Assembly: GCA_038207725.1 (NCBI GenBank)
Contig: JBBQZN010000008.1
Span: forward strand, 743-64,742
From: Bacteroidales bacterium
GTDB taxonomy: Bacteria; Bacteroidota; Bacteroidia; Bacteroidales; VadinHA17
Length of the DNA stretch: 64,000 nt
Direction of reading: 5' to 3'
A model generated the notes under the pieces. It was not told the DNA's origin. It worked only from the letters and a program-made list of their open reading frames with translations, and made no database searches. Shown here in pieces: positions 20,091 to 29,991 of the stretch (the first letter of the stretch is position 1; each line of letters begins with the position of its first letter). A program made the position numbers and the translations under genes.

Positions 20091-20456
20091 GTGGAAAAGA
20101 AATGTCTCGATTGCGGCGATATCATTCGCGGCCGTACCGATAAAAAATTCTGTTCTGACCAGTGCCGGAATAATTACAACAACCGTCTTAACCGCGATTC
20201 GAACAACTTCGTAAGGAATGTACACGGCTTACTGCGGAAGAACAGAAGAATCCTTTCAGATCTGTATACTGAGGGAAAAATAAGAATTCACAAGGATGCC
20301 CTTTTCGCCCTGGGGTATAATTTCAGTTTCTTTACTCATGTTATTGAAACTACACAGGGGAAGAAATATCATTACTGTTTCGAGTACGGATACTGCGAAA
20401 CAGGTGATGACTTTCTGGAATTAAAGGAGAATAGTCAGTATATTGAATACCAATAG
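20091..20456 (+). CDS. Zn-ribbon protein (DUF2116-like), basic
   Basis: Probable GTG start; CLDC...GRTDKKFCSDQCR, LRKNRRIL, GYNF..FT, YCFEYGY. Confidence 0.85.
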   Translation: MEKKCLDCGDIIRGRTDKKFCSDQCRNNYNNRLNRDSNNFVRNVHGLLRKNRRILSDLYTEGKIRIHKDALFALGYNFSFFTHVIETTQGKKYHYCFEYGYCETGDDFLELKENSQYIEYQ

Positions 20457-20466
20457 AGTTTCTCTT

Positions 20467-21357
20467 TTATTGCTTTTTAAGGAAGGGGAAGTAGTGATAT
20501 AGATTCTCACTGCTAAGCCTTACGCCATAGCCAGAGTCCTGAAAAGCCTCGCAGAATTTCACCTTGCTTCCTTCTTCGCTACCATACTGTTCGATCAGTT
20601 TACTCCTATATGCTTCGGCATTTGAATTCGACATTCTTGTTTCCCCAAGCCATTTTCTTCTTTCGCTATCTGTTGCAGGAACCTCACTGAGGTCTCCGCG
20701 GTTATATGGCAGCCATTCATACATTTGCGATGTATGCTGGTGATACATATCTATCTTTTTTTCGATAATATCATCGATTGCAACAACGATATCCGCTTTG
20801 AAAGGCTCAGGATGAATAAACCCGTCGCTCATAAACAGAAACATTGGATTTTTCTCAAGATGAGGTACCTCGGGAAGTATTGTTGGAACTGTAACCATAT
20901 AGGCAGCATCAAGAACAAGGACGCCGGTATATCTGTGATCGGGATGATAATCATAAGGCCTTGGAAAGATAACCAGATCGGCTTTATGCTCCCTGATCAG
21001 CTTAATAACCTGTAGTCTGTTTTTGTATATAGGCATAAGCTGCCCGTCGTGATTGTTCAGTGTTATATATTTAACACCAATTACCTCGCCGGCTTTCCGT
21101 GCTTCTTCACGTCTGATCTTTGCAAGCTCTTTTGCTTTTATAGACTGATGCCCGGCATCGCCGTTTGTAAGTGATACCATCAGAACATTATGTCCCATCT
21201 GAGACCATTTATAGGCTGTTCCTGCAACTTTATCAGGATCGTCAGGATGAGCTCCGATTATTATAATATTAAGTTTCTTTTCCTTAGCTCCCTGCGACTG
21301 ACCGTTAAGTGATACTGCAATGAGTACCAGGATCAGAATACTTTTAAGTGCTTTCAT
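20467..21357 (-). CDS. PIG-L/LmbE family deacetylase
   Basis: GAHPDD, TNGDAGH, RREEA, DYHPDH; signal peptide. Confidence 0.93.
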   Translation of the reverse strand: MKALKSILILVLIAVSLNGQSQGAKEKKLNIIIIGAHPDDPDKVAGTAYKWSQMGHNVLMVSLTNGDAGHQSIKAKELAKIRREEARKAGEVIGVKYITLNNHDGQLMPIYKNRLQVIKLIREHKADLVIFPRPYDYHPDHRYTGVLVLDAAYMVTVPTILPEVPHLEKNPMFLFMSDGFIHPEPFKADIVVAIDDIIEKKIDMYHQHTSQMYEWLPYNRGDLSEVPATDSERRKWLGETRMSNSNAEAYRSKLIEQYGSEEGSKVKFCEAFQDSGYGVRLSSENLYHYFPFLKKQ

Positions 21358-21378
21358 TCAATATGTGTTAAATTGTTT

Positions 21379-22953
21379 TTACCAGTTTTTTTCAGATAGA
21401 TCCCAAACATTTAAGAATGAGATTTTTATAATCTTCTCCATAATATCCCAGTTTATTGTGCTAATCTCATCTGTTGGTTTATGATAATCTTCCCGGTGGC
21501 CAGGCTTGAAACGCATAATTGGAATACCGGCTGCAACAAATGATCTGTGATCAGTGCCTCCCGGAGGATCAGGAGAAGGCTGATAGTCAACAATCAGATC
21601 AATTTTGTATTTATTGAGATTGGCTGCGGTGATATCTTTGAAAACAGGATGAGAACTGGTATATGTCATTGTAACCTTTTTGGGCTCATTTTCAGAGATA
21701 TACCTTGAAATCATATCAAAGTTTACATTAATAGCCACACTTTTTATCGGGACTGTCGGATTCTGAACCCAGTATCTCGATCCTAAAAGTCCCTCTTCCT
21801 CTGCTGTCCATAGCGCAACAACAATAGTCTTCTCCGGCTTTTTCCCTGTCGCAATTATTGCGCGTGCAATTGTCATAACACCTACTGTGCCTGAGCCATT
21901 GTCATCAGCACCGTTCCATATATAGCCGTTGCCCATTCCCATATGATCATAATGTGCTCCGAGAACTATAACCTTTTCAGGATTGTTTCCGGGAATTATG
22001 CCAATTACATTTTTGACAGGGACCTGTATATTCTTTACACTGCTTTTAAAGTATATGGATTTATTAAACGGAGTAATCTTATATTGTTCTCCTGCATTTG
22101 CTTTCCTTAAATATTCTTCAATATCTATTCCGGTGCCAAGCAGAATTTGATTAGCTGTTTTCTCTGTCACTGATATTCTTATAAAATTATCTGCAACTGC
22201 TTTGCCTGGAATAGAATAAGTGCCTGAGATATAGCCGGGCCTCGGATTATTTTCTGCGGGAGAAGAACTTCTGGAATCATTAGCCTGTAACCTGACCAAT
22301 GACAATGCATTATTATTAATATCTATAATACCAATGGCCCCCATTTTTCTTATTTCCGATTCCAGCCCGCGATTATATGCCGCAATTTCCTCAGCACTTA
22401 TCTTCTGACTTAAGAACTGAGGAGTGCCCGGTATTCTCAGAACGAATTTTCCTTTTACATCAATAGAACTGAAATCGGTGTACCCCGGTTTTTCGTTAAG
22501 GTAGCAATAACCTCCAAAAACAACAGGAGCTTCAACCTCAGTTGTTGTACCTGAAATTCTTAATGTATAATCTGTATTGTATGTGAATGCTACTGTTTTT
22601 GAACTACTACCCTGAACAGTTTTTACTGTAAGAATCTGATCCTCTCCGGGAATTGATTTGTTAAGAACAAAATTCTGGAAATAAGATTTTAATCCTCCTG
22701 GCAGTGGAATGTCCCCGCCTGGTTTTACCCCTGCAAGCTGCAGCATACTTGCAATATAATCTGCAGATATTGCTTCACCCTTTTCACCGATCATCCTGCC
22801 TTCAGTCCAGTCTGATGCAAGAAACCCCAGCTGGGCCTTAATTGCATCCATTGTTATAGAACTTAGCCCTTTTTCTGCAGGGTTCTCCTGACCGAATGCC
22901 AAACATGTACTTAAAAGGACTATTCCAAATATTGCTGCTGTAGTTTTTTTCAT
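21379..22953 (-). CDS. Peptidase M28 family with PA domain
   Basis: GAHYDH, NGADDNGSG, AEEEGLLGS, NFDMI, TDH, DYHKPTD. Confidence 0.93.
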   Translation of the reverse strand: MKKTTAAIFGIVLLSTCLAFGQENPAEKGLSSITMDAIKAQLGFLASDWTEGRMIGEKGEAISADYIASMLQLAGVKPGGDIPLPGGLKSYFQNFVLNKSIPGEDQILTVKTVQGSSSKTVAFTYNTDYTLRISGTTTEVEAPVVFGGYCYLNEKPGYTDFSSIDVKGKFVLRIPGTPQFLSQKISAEEIAAYNRGLESEIRKMGAIGIIDINNNALSLVRLQANDSRSSSPAENNPRPGYISGTYSIPGKAVADNFIRISVTEKTANQILLGTGIDIEEYLRKANAGEQYKITPFNKSIYFKSSVKNIQVPVKNVIGIIPGNNPEKVIVLGAHYDHMGMGNGYIWNGADDNGSGTVGVMTIARAIIATGKKPEKTIVVALWTAEEEGLLGSRYWVQNPTVPIKSVAINVNFDMISRYISENEPKKVTMTYTSSHPVFKDITAANLNKYKIDLIVDYQPSPDPPGGTDHRSFVAAGIPIMRFKPGHREDYHKPTDEISTINWDIMEKIIKISFLNVWDLSEKNW

Positions 22954-23024
22954 GAATAAAGTTTATTGTAAATTATATTATTGAGAATCAGGAATTAATA
23001 ATAATACTATATTCATTTTCTTCG

Positions 23025-23085
23025 TTTGCCCCTGACCCTAAAGGGTGTGAAGAAAATCAATTACTCCCTTTAGGGTTGGGGCAAA
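23025..23085. repeat. GC-rich palindromic REP-like element
   Basis: TTTGCCCCtgACCCTAAAGGG ... CCCTTTAGGGTtGGGGCAAA imperfect inverted repeat. Confidence 0.8.
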
Positions 23086-23195
23086 TAATTGATTTTCAAG
23101 CATTATTTTATTTTTATTATTGATAATCGATAGTTAAATTGTATTATTCTTAATAGGACTAAGATAATTAATAATTGTTTTTTGTATAACTATTA

Positions 23196-23203
23196 TATCT
23201 TTG
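23196..23203 (+). promoter_or_regulatory. -7 promoter element
   Basis: TATCTTTG 23 bp before the redoxin ATG. Confidence 0.55.
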
Positions 23204-23226
23204 AAAACTGAAAATAAAAAAATGTT

Positions 23227-23760
23227 ATGCAGAAATTGATTTCATTCATTGCTATAGCTCTGATAATCAGCAGTGTTACCTTCGGACAGGAAAAAAAGGT
23301 TTATGACAATGGTTATCTGGTAAAGGTTGGAGATATGGCTCCTGATTTCGCAATCAATGAGGCAGGAGGGAAGAGTTATAAGCTCTCAGATCTGAAAGGG
23401 AAGGTTGTAATGTTGCAGTTTACAGCCAGCTGGTGCAGTGTCTGCAGAACTGAGATGCCATTTATTGAGAAGGAGATCTGGATTGCAAAAAAAGCGTCAG
23501 GACTAGCTGTTATTGGAATAGACAGGGACGAACCTCTTGAAAAGGTAATTAAGTTCAAAAAAGATATTAAGGTTACCTACCCGCTGGCACTTGATCCGGG
23601 TGCTGATATATTTGGTCTCTTTGCACAGAAGGAAGCAGGAGTGACCCGAAATGTTATTATCGACAGAAGCGGAAAGATTATTTTCCTTACGCGTTTATAT
23701 GAACGTGAAGAGTTTGATCGGATGAAAAATGTGATATTTAAGGAACTGACAACAAAATAA
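23227..23760 (+). CDS. TlpA/redoxin family thiol-disulfide oxidoreductase
   Basis: VGDMAPDF, LKGKVVMLQFTASWCSVC..EMP; signal peptide. Confidence 0.92.
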   Translation: MQKLISFIAIALIISSVTFGQEKKVYDNGYLVKVGDMAPDFAINEAGGKSYKLSDLKGKVVMLQFTASWCSVCRTEMPFIEKEIWIAKKASGLAVIGIDRDEPLEKVIKFKKDIKVTYPLALDPGADIFGLFAQKEAGVTRNVIIDRSGKIIFLTRLYEREEFDRMKNVIFKELTTK

Positions 23761-23890
23761 TCCTTACATTATTTCGTTGTTACCAGAGCTGATAATATAT
23801 TCAGCAAGTCTCAGGCAACCTTTTGCCTGAATCTGGTGTTATGTTAGCAGAAGCATTTACAAAATAAGAAAAGTAAACTTAAAATCGAAA

Positions 23891-24508
23891 ATGATGAAAA
23901 AACTGATCGTTATTACATTTGCACTATTTTTGGCTATTCCGGCATTCTCTCAGATAAGTTTTGGAATAAAGGCCGGTGCTGCTACAACTACAGTCCCTAC
24001 TTATAATATAACTACCGGGGCTAATACAGTTGCAGCTCTCAAAGATGCTGCATGGGGTTTCCAGGGCGGTGTTTTTCTAAGACTTGCAGTTATGGGCATT
24101 TACCTTCAGCCTGAAGTTGTTTTCGCAACCAATACTTATGATTATAATGTGACCACTGTTACAGGACCTTCTTTAGTAAAGCAGCAGTTTAACCGTCTTG
24201 AGATTCCTGTTCTTCTGGGATTCAAACTGGGGCCGCTTCGCATAAATGCAGGACCATCAGCAACAGTTAATATCGGATCGCCGAAAGCATTGGTTAACGA
24301 TCCTAATTTTGAGCAAATGTACAAAGGTGCAACTATTGGATATCAGGCAGGAGTTGGACTTGATATTTTCAAGAAACTTATTCTCGATGTCAGATATGGA
24401 GGCAGCCTGAGTAAGAAATTCGGCGATGCTGTTGCTATCGGCGGACAAACATTCACTCTCGATCAGAGACAGCCTTCACTGATTCTCAGCGTTGGTTTGA
24501 TGTTTTAA
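23891..24508 (+). CDS. Outer-membrane beta-barrel protein (8-stranded, PorT-like family)
   Basis: Signal peptide, FGIKAG, LQPEV, LEIPVLLG, GYQAGVG, LDVRY, terminal GLMF. Confidence 0.88.
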   Translation: MMKKLIVITFALFLAIPAFSQISFGIKAGAATTTVPTYNITTGANTVAALKDAAWGFQGGVFLRLAVMGIYLQPEVVFATNTYDYNVTTVTGPSLVKQQFNRLEIPVLLGFKLGPLRINAGPSATVNIGSPKALVNDPNFEQMYKGATIGYQAGVGLDIFKKLILDVRYGGSLSKKFGDAVAIGGQTFTLDQRQPSLILSVGLMF

Positions 24509-24530
24509 TAAAATAACAATTATGCAATTC

Positions 24531-24561
24531 AGGGACATGTTACGGCATGTCCCTTTTTTTT
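24531..24561 (+). terminator. Intrinsic terminator
   Basis: AGGGACATGT-tacg-GCATGTCCCT followed by T-run. Confidence 0.85.
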
Positions 24562-24934
24562 ATTTCGACAATAACATCCTGGCAGCCACCAGCAGCAGGA
24601 GTATGCCGAAGATCTTTTTTAATGCAGCCTGCGGCAGATTCAGTGCAATCTTAGATCCGAAATATGAGCCAACAATGAAAAATACTGCAAGCACAATTGC
24701 AAATTTGATATTTACCTGTCCGGCTTTATAATAATTGTAGGCAGCAAGAATACCTACGGGTGGTAACATTACCGCCAGACTGGTACCCTGTGCAGTTTGC
24801 TGCGAAATTCCGAGAAGGAACACCATAGCAGGTATCATTATTATCGCTCCGCCTATTCCCAGCATTCCTGCCATAATTCCTGTTATAATCCCTATTCCGA
24901 TAAGGATCAATAGCATTGATGTTGACATTTGCAT
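24560..24934 (-). CDS. Half-size TSUP (TauE/SafE) family membrane protein
   Basis: GMLGIGGAIIMIP, QQTAQGTSL; four TM segments. Confidence 0.88.
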   Translation of the reverse strand: MQMSTSMLLILIGIGIITGIMAGMLGIGGAIIMIPAMVFLLGISQQTAQGTSLAVMLPPVGILAAYNYYKAGQVNIKFAIVLAVFFIVGSYFGSKIALNLPQAALKKIFGILLLLVAARMLLSK

Positions 24935-24975
24935 GAATATTAGTTGTTTATAAAGTTATTACAATTATCTGCTTT

Positions 24976-27249
24976 TTATTTCTGCCAGTCAAATTTTGTT
25001 GATTTAACATCACGTGAATTTGGTCCGATAAAGATCGTAAATTCACCGCTTTCCCAATCAAGTTTCAGCTCACTGTTGTAAAACTTAAGATCCTCTTGCC
25101 TGACTTCGAAAAGAACATCTTTTGTCTCCCCTGGCTGAAGCATTATTTTCTTAAAGTTTTTCAGCTCTTTCACGGGTCTTGAAATTGATGCCACAGCATC
25201 CCTTAAATATAGCTGAACAACCTCTTCACCTGCAAATTTGCCAGTATTTGTAATACTGATTTTCGCAGTAAGTGGCTCATTTCCTTTTAGTTTACTTTTG
25301 TTAAGAGTTATTTCGCTGAATGTAAATGTTGAATAACTTAGTCCGTAGCCGAACGGATATAAAGGGTCGTTTTGAATATCAAGGTATTTGGAGGAATATT
25401 TGTTATCCTGACTCATCGGGCGTCCAGTGTTTTTATGGTTGTAATACAGAGGGATCTGTCCTACACTTCTGGGGAAGGTAGTTGTTAGTTTACCTGCTGG
25501 ATTATAATCGCCAAAAAGTACATCGGCAATTGCATTTCCCGATTCGGTTCCCGCAGCCCATGCTTCAACTATTGAATTTAAGCTGGCATCTTCCCATGTA
25601 AGGGTAAGAGGTCGTCCGTTAACAAGAACCAGTACGACAGGTTTTCCTGTTTCAATCAGTGCCTTGAGCAGATCTTGCTGTGACTTCGGAATATTAAGGT
25701 CGGAACGGCTTGCTGCTTCTCCTGACCATTCCACCGCTTCTCCCAGAACTGCAACAACTACATCGGCCTTCTTCGCAGACTCAATCGCTTCTTTTAAGAG
25801 GTCATCTGCTGATTTCGCAGAAGCAGATGCCATACGCTGTTGCCCGGCAGGAGCAGCAGATTTAGCAAGCATTGGTTCATTAGTATACTCAGAGCCCTTT
25901 GCATAAAGAATGTTTACGGAGCTTCCTGCTGCATTCTTAAGTCCATCAAGTACCGATGAAACAGTATTGACATCTCCTCCCATGGCCCAGGTGCCGAGCA
26001 TGTCTTTTTTGCTGTCGGCCAGCGGTCCGATTAATGCGATAGTCCCGGCTTTTTGAAGAGGTAGAAGCTGTTTGTCATTTTTAAGCAATACGATAGAGCG
26101 TGCAGCTAATTCGCGGGCAGCCTTCCTGTTTGCAGGGGTAAAAAGGTTAGTACTTGCCCTCCCTTCGTTCAGATAGAGATATGGATCATCAAATAGACCG
26201 AGTTTGTATTTTGCCTCAAGTACCCTTCTGCAAGCCAGATCAATCGATTGCATTGTCACTTTACCTTCTTCAAGTGATTTCTTCAGAGTAGTAAGAAATC
26301 CTTCACCTACCATATCCATATCGGTTCCGGCATTCAGTGCCATGGCAGATACTTCCTGCAGGTTTCCCATTCCATGAGCTATCATTTCATTTATTGCAGT
26401 ATAGTCAGTAACAACAAATCCTTTAAATCCCCAATCATCCCTTAGCAGCTTGGTTAAAAGCCACTTATTGCCGCTTGCAGGTACTGCGTCAACAACATTA
26501 AACGACGTCATTGCGCTGCCTGCGCCTGCATCAAATGCAGCTTTATATGGAGGAAGAAAATCATTGTACATTGTTATCTTACTCATATCAACCGTATTGT
26601 AATCACGACCTGCTTCAGCTGCACCATAAAGTGCAAAGTGTTTCACACAGGCAATCATGGTGTTGTTTTTCTTCAGATCACTACCCTGGTATCCACGTAC
26701 AAGTGCTTCAGCTATCCTGGAACCAAGCCAGGGGTCTTCACCTGAGCCTTCTGCTATTCTTCCCCATCTTGGATCACGTGCAATATCAACCATAGGTGAG
26801 TAAGTCCAGGAGATTCCCGACGAGGTAGCTTCAATTGCAGCTATTCTGGCTGCCCCTTCAATTCGCTCTATATCCCATGAACATGACATGGCAAGCGGAA
26901 TAGGAAATATGGTTTTGAAACCATGAATAACATCCATGCCATAAAGAATGGGAATCTTATTTGGTGATTCTTTTACTGCAATATCCTGCATCGCTTTCAT
27001 CGCAGCAATAGAAAAACTGTTCAGCACCGATCCTATTTGTCCGGCCCGTATCTTACGCTCTATATTGGTGTTTTTGGTTGAACCCGTCACAAAATCACCC
27101 GATGTTGTCAGGTTTAACTGACCTATCTTCTCCTCAACTGTCATCTTCTCCATCAGCTTACTGATGAAACCGTCCATCTTTGGGTCCTGCGCATTAACAG
27201 TCAGGATTATAACCAAAAAAAACAGGCAGAAAATTATAATTTTTTTCAT
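24976..27249 (-). CDS. bglX: GH3 beta-glucosidase BglX
   Basis: MTVEEKIGQL, DVIHG, RDPRWGR..EGSGEDP, CVKHFALYG, VTDY nucleophile, SGEAASR, YPFGYGLSY. Confidence 0.95.
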   Translation of the reverse strand: MKKIIIFCLFFLVIILTVNAQDPKMDGFISKLMEKMTVEEKIGQLNLTTSGDFVTGSTKNTNIERKIRAGQIGSVLNSFSIAAMKAMQDIAVKESPNKIPILYGMDVIHGFKTIFPIPLAMSCSWDIERIEGAARIAAIEATSSGISWTYSPMVDIARDPRWGRIAEGSGEDPWLGSRIAEALVRGYQGSDLKKNNTMIACVKHFALYGAAEAGRDYNTVDMSKITMYNDFLPPYKAAFDAGAGSAMTSFNVVDAVPASGNKWLLTKLLRDDWGFKGFVVTDYTAINEMIAHGMGNLQEVSAMALNAGTDMDMVGEGFLTTLKKSLEEGKVTMQSIDLACRRVLEAKYKLGLFDDPYLYLNEGRASTNLFTPANRKAARELAARSIVLLKNDKQLLPLQKAGTIALIGPLADSKKDMLGTWAMGGDVNTVSSVLDGLKNAAGSSVNILYAKGSEYTNEPMLAKSAAPAGQQRMASASAKSADDLLKEAIESAKKADVVVAVLGEAVEWSGEAASRSDLNIPKSQQDLLKALIETGKPVVLVLVNGRPLTLTWEDASLNSIVEAWAAGTESGNAIADVLFGDYNPAGKLTTTFPRSVGQIPLYYNHKNTGRPMSQDNKYSSKYLDIQNDPLYPFGYGLSYSTFTFSEITLNKSKLKGNEPLTAKISITNTGKFAGEEVVQLYLRDAVASISRPVKELKNFKKIMLQPGETKDVLFEVRQEDLKFYNSELKLDWESGEFTIFIGPNSRDVKSTKFDWQK

Positions 27250-27276
27250 AGTTAAATTATTTAGCACGAATATAGT

Positions 27277-27284
27277 TAAATTTG
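27277..27284 (+). promoter_or_regulatory. -7 promoter element for mltG
   Basis: TAAATTTG; supports ATG at 27300. Confidence 0.5.
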
Positions 27285-27299
27285 CACTTCGTTTTTAAG

Positions 27300-28331
27300 A
27301 TGATGGCTAAACGCACTGTTTTGGTTATATCTGCCCTGGTAATTATTATGATAATTGCTTTGGCTCTGATATATAATAGGTTATTTAGTATGTCTATCCA
27401 CCCCGGAAGGGAAAAGATCTCATTATATATTCCAACCGGATCTTCTTATTCACAGGTTATTGATACCCTGAACTCAAGACTCGAAATACCTGATATGGCT
27501 TTGCTGGACTGGGTTGCTGTGAAAAAAAAATATCCTGATCATGTTAAGCCTGGAAGGTATCTGATCGAAGGAAATACCAGTTATGTAGGACTCATAAATT
27601 TGCTCAGATCGGGAAAACAGAAACCGGTAAGAATTACCTTTAATAATATAAGGACGCTCAATCAGGTAGCTGGAAGAATCGGTAAGCAGATTGAAGCAGA
27701 TTCAGCTGATATTGTAGCTTTTTTTTCAGATGAAAAAAACTATTCTGAGGATGGTTTCAGGAAAGAAAATATAATTGCTCTTTTTATCCCCGACAGTTAC
27801 GAAATTTACTGGAATACTAATGCTGAAGGCCTTTATAAAAGGCTTCTGAAGGAGTACCGTCTTTTTTGGAATGAAGAACGTATCGCCTTGGCCAAAGCTA
27901 AGAATCTTGATTCATTTGAGGTAGCAATTCTAGCATCAATCATTGATGATGAGGTAATTAAACAGGATGAAAAGCCCCGTATTGCCGGAGTATACCTGAA
28001 TCGTCTGAAGAGAGGAATCCCGTTACAGGCCTGCCCCACGATTAAGTTCGCACTAAATGATTTTACTATTTCCAGGGTACTGTTTAAGCATCTCCAGGTT
28101 GATTCCCCATATAATACCTATAAACATAATGGCTTTCCACCGGGACCAATTGGTTGTCCTTCAAAAGAGGGCATAGATGCAGTTCTGAATGCTGAGAAAC
28201 ATGAATATCTGTTCTTTGCGGCAAAGTCTGATTTTTCAGGTTATCATAATTTTTCCAGAACGCTTGCCGAACATAACAGATACGCTGCGATGTATCAGAA
28301 TGAGCTCAACAAACGGAAGATCTTCAAATAG
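27300..28331 (+). CDS. mltG: Endolytic transglycosylase MltG
   Basis: N-terminal TM, LASIIDDE, IAGVYLNRL..GIPLQ, SPYNTY..GFPPGPI, YLFF. Confidence 0.93.
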   Translation: MMAKRTVLVISALVIIMIIALALIYNRLFSMSIHPGREKISLYIPTGSSYSQVIDTLNSRLEIPDMALLDWVAVKKKYPDHVKPGRYLIEGNTSYVGLINLLRSGKQKPVRITFNNIRTLNQVAGRIGKQIEADSADIVAFFSDEKNYSEDGFRKENIIALFIPDSYEIYWNTNAEGLYKRLLKEYRLFWNEERIALAKAKNLDSFEVAILASIIDDEVIKQDEKPRIAGVYLNRLKRGIPLQACPTIKFALNDFTISRVLFKHLQVDSPYNTYKHNGFPPGPIGCPSKEGIDAVLNAEKHEYLFFAAKSDFSGYHNFSRTLAEHNRYAAMYQNELNKRKIFK

Positions 28332-28332
28332 T

Positions 28333-29343
28333 TCAGATTACCTCAACCTCACGCTCAAGGTTAACACCGAATTTCTCTTTTACTGATTTTCTGATATCTT
28401 CGGAAAGAATGTATATGTCTTTTCCTCTGGCATTACCGTAATTTACCAGAACTAGTGCCTGTTGATCGTGTACTCCAGCATCGCCTCTTCTTATTCCTTT
28501 CCATCCGCATTGATCAATAAGCCAGCCGGCTGCCAGCTTTACATAGCCCGGAGTTTCAGAATAAACCGGTATGCCAGGATACATTTCTTTAAGTCTTTCG
28601 GAAAGCCCGAGTCTTACAACAGGGTTCTTGAAAAAACTTCCCGCATTGCCGGTAATCTCCGGATCGGGCAGCTTCCTTTGCCTGATGCTGACTACCGCAT
28701 TTCTTACACTCCGGAGTGTAACTTCACCTGATTTTTCAACTTCCTCTTTCAGGGAACCATATTCCAGCTTTGGTGAAAAAGTTTTTTTGACTCTGTAGAA
28801 GACTCTGGTAACAAGGTATTTCCCCTTGAGTTCAACCTTGAAAATGCTCGTGCGGTAGCCAAAACGACATTCTCTATTTGTAAAATATTTTCCCGAACCA
28901 TCTGTAAGCGATACACATTTTACACCTTCAATACTATCTTTTACCTCAACTCCATATGCTCCGATATTCTGAACAGGAGTGGCCCCCACATTGCCCGGAA
29001 TCAGTGACATATTTTCGAGTCCGCAATAATCATTTTCCACACACCATTCAACAAGATCGTCCCATTTTACTCCTGCTCCTGCTGAAATAACAAGATAATC
29101 TTTCTCTATAGTTTCCACAGATATTCCTGTAATACAGGGCCTTATCACAGTCCCGGAATAATCAGCAGTAAATAGAATATTGCTTCCGCCTCCGAGAATT
29201 AAATATGGTTTTTTCAGTTGTGAAGGGATTCTGAAAAGTTCTGATGCCTCTTCCTCAGAGGCTATTTCAATAATACTTTCTGCCAGATAGCTTTGTGAAA
29301 AGGTATTCAGGTTTTTCAGTGATTTATTATTGAAGAGCTGCAT
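28333..29343 (-). CDS. murB: UDP-N-acetylenolpyruvoylglucosamine reductase
   Basis: LGGGSNILF, GLEN..IPG.VGA.PVQNIGAYG, GNAGSFFKNP, ALVLVN, LEREV. Confidence 0.96.
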   Translation of the reverse strand: MQLFNNKSLKNLNTFSQSYLAESIIEIASEEEASELFRIPSQLKKPYLILGGGSNILFTADYSGTVIRPCITGISVETIEKDYLVISAGAGVKWDDLVEWCVENDYCGLENMSLIPGNVGATPVQNIGAYGVEVKDSIEGVKCVSLTDGSGKYFTNRECRFGYRTSIFKVELKGKYLVTRVFYRVKKTFSPKLEYGSLKEEVEKSGEVTLRSVRNAVVSIRQRKLPDPEITGNAGSFFKNPVVRLGLSERLKEMYPGIPVYSETPGYVKLAAGWLIDQCGWKGIRRGDAGVHDQQALVLVNYGNARGKDIYILSEDIRKSVKEKFGVNLEREVEVI

Positions 29344-29549
29344 GCTTTTTTTTACAAAAATAGTTATAATGCTATTACTCCGGATAGTGAAATCAGCACT
29401 TTGTCAAATAAACGTGAATCGTCTTTCTTTTCTCATAATTGATTTTCACACGATTTGCATTTCTTTGTTCTTAATAGCCGATAGTCATAATGAACATTAG
29501 TACTTATGTTTTGTTAAATCAATTACTTTTGGCTTTCTAATTATTTACT

Positions 29550-29765
29550 ATGAGTTTTTTAAAGAAACATCTTTTTGTAATTGTCTTCTCAGCAGTCGGA
29601 GCCTTAGGCGGATTTCTGTACTGGGAATTCATTGGCTGTGCTTCAGGTACCTGTCCGATTAAATCTGTGTGGTACCTCAGCACTCTGTGGGGACTGGCCT
29701 TCGCTTACCTCGGCGGTAGCATTATTAAAGACCTGATTGATAAATTCAAAGAGAAGAAAAAGTAA
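29550..29765 (+). CDS. Small membrane protein with GCxxGxCPI motif (DUF6132-like)
   Basis: Two TM segments flanking IGCASGTCPI. Confidence 0.8.
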   Translation: MSFLKKHLFVIVFSAVGALGGFLYWEFIGCASGTCPIKSVWYLSTLWGLAFAYLGGSIIKDLIDKFKEKKK

Positions 29766-29807
29766 AACAGGCTATGCCTGCGTCCCCCCTTTCCCACAAA
29801 GGTACTG

Positions 29808-29896
29808 TGTCATCCCGAAGCGCAGCGAGGGATCTTTCGAAATTGTCCTTAAACCTTCATAACACCTATTCTTTATAAGCGCAGCGAGGGATCTTT
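29808..29896 (+). repeat. REP-like TGTCATCCCGAAGCGCAGCGAGGGATCT element plus a partial direct copy
   Basis: 20-bp perfect direct repeat AAGCGCAGCGAGGGATCTTT at 29818..29837 and 29877..29896. Confidence 0.8.
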
Positions 29897-29991
29897 AGAT
29901 AATTACAGTTATGTACTGCATTAATATTTAAATAAAATATTAATTTGCAGTTGATTTGTTTTAAAGAACCTAACCTGAAAATAATTTCATC

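Noticed and set aside
23812-23829. Hairpin CAGGCAA-cctt-TTGCCTG upstream of the OMP gene
   Set aside because: Short, no T-tract; cannot distinguish a promoter element from chance.
24560-24934. TSUP gene at half the usual length, possible pseudogene
   Set aside because: It is a clean single repeat unit with start and stop; half-size TSUP proteins are known.
27300-28331. MltG LQACPT instead of LQxDPT
   Set aside because: The catalytic Glu region is retained and Cys at this position occurs in other MltG proteins.
29818-29896. 20-bp direct repeat with 39-bp spacer resembling a minimal CRISPR
   Set aside because: Only two units, no cas genes, and the unit is part of a REP-like element.
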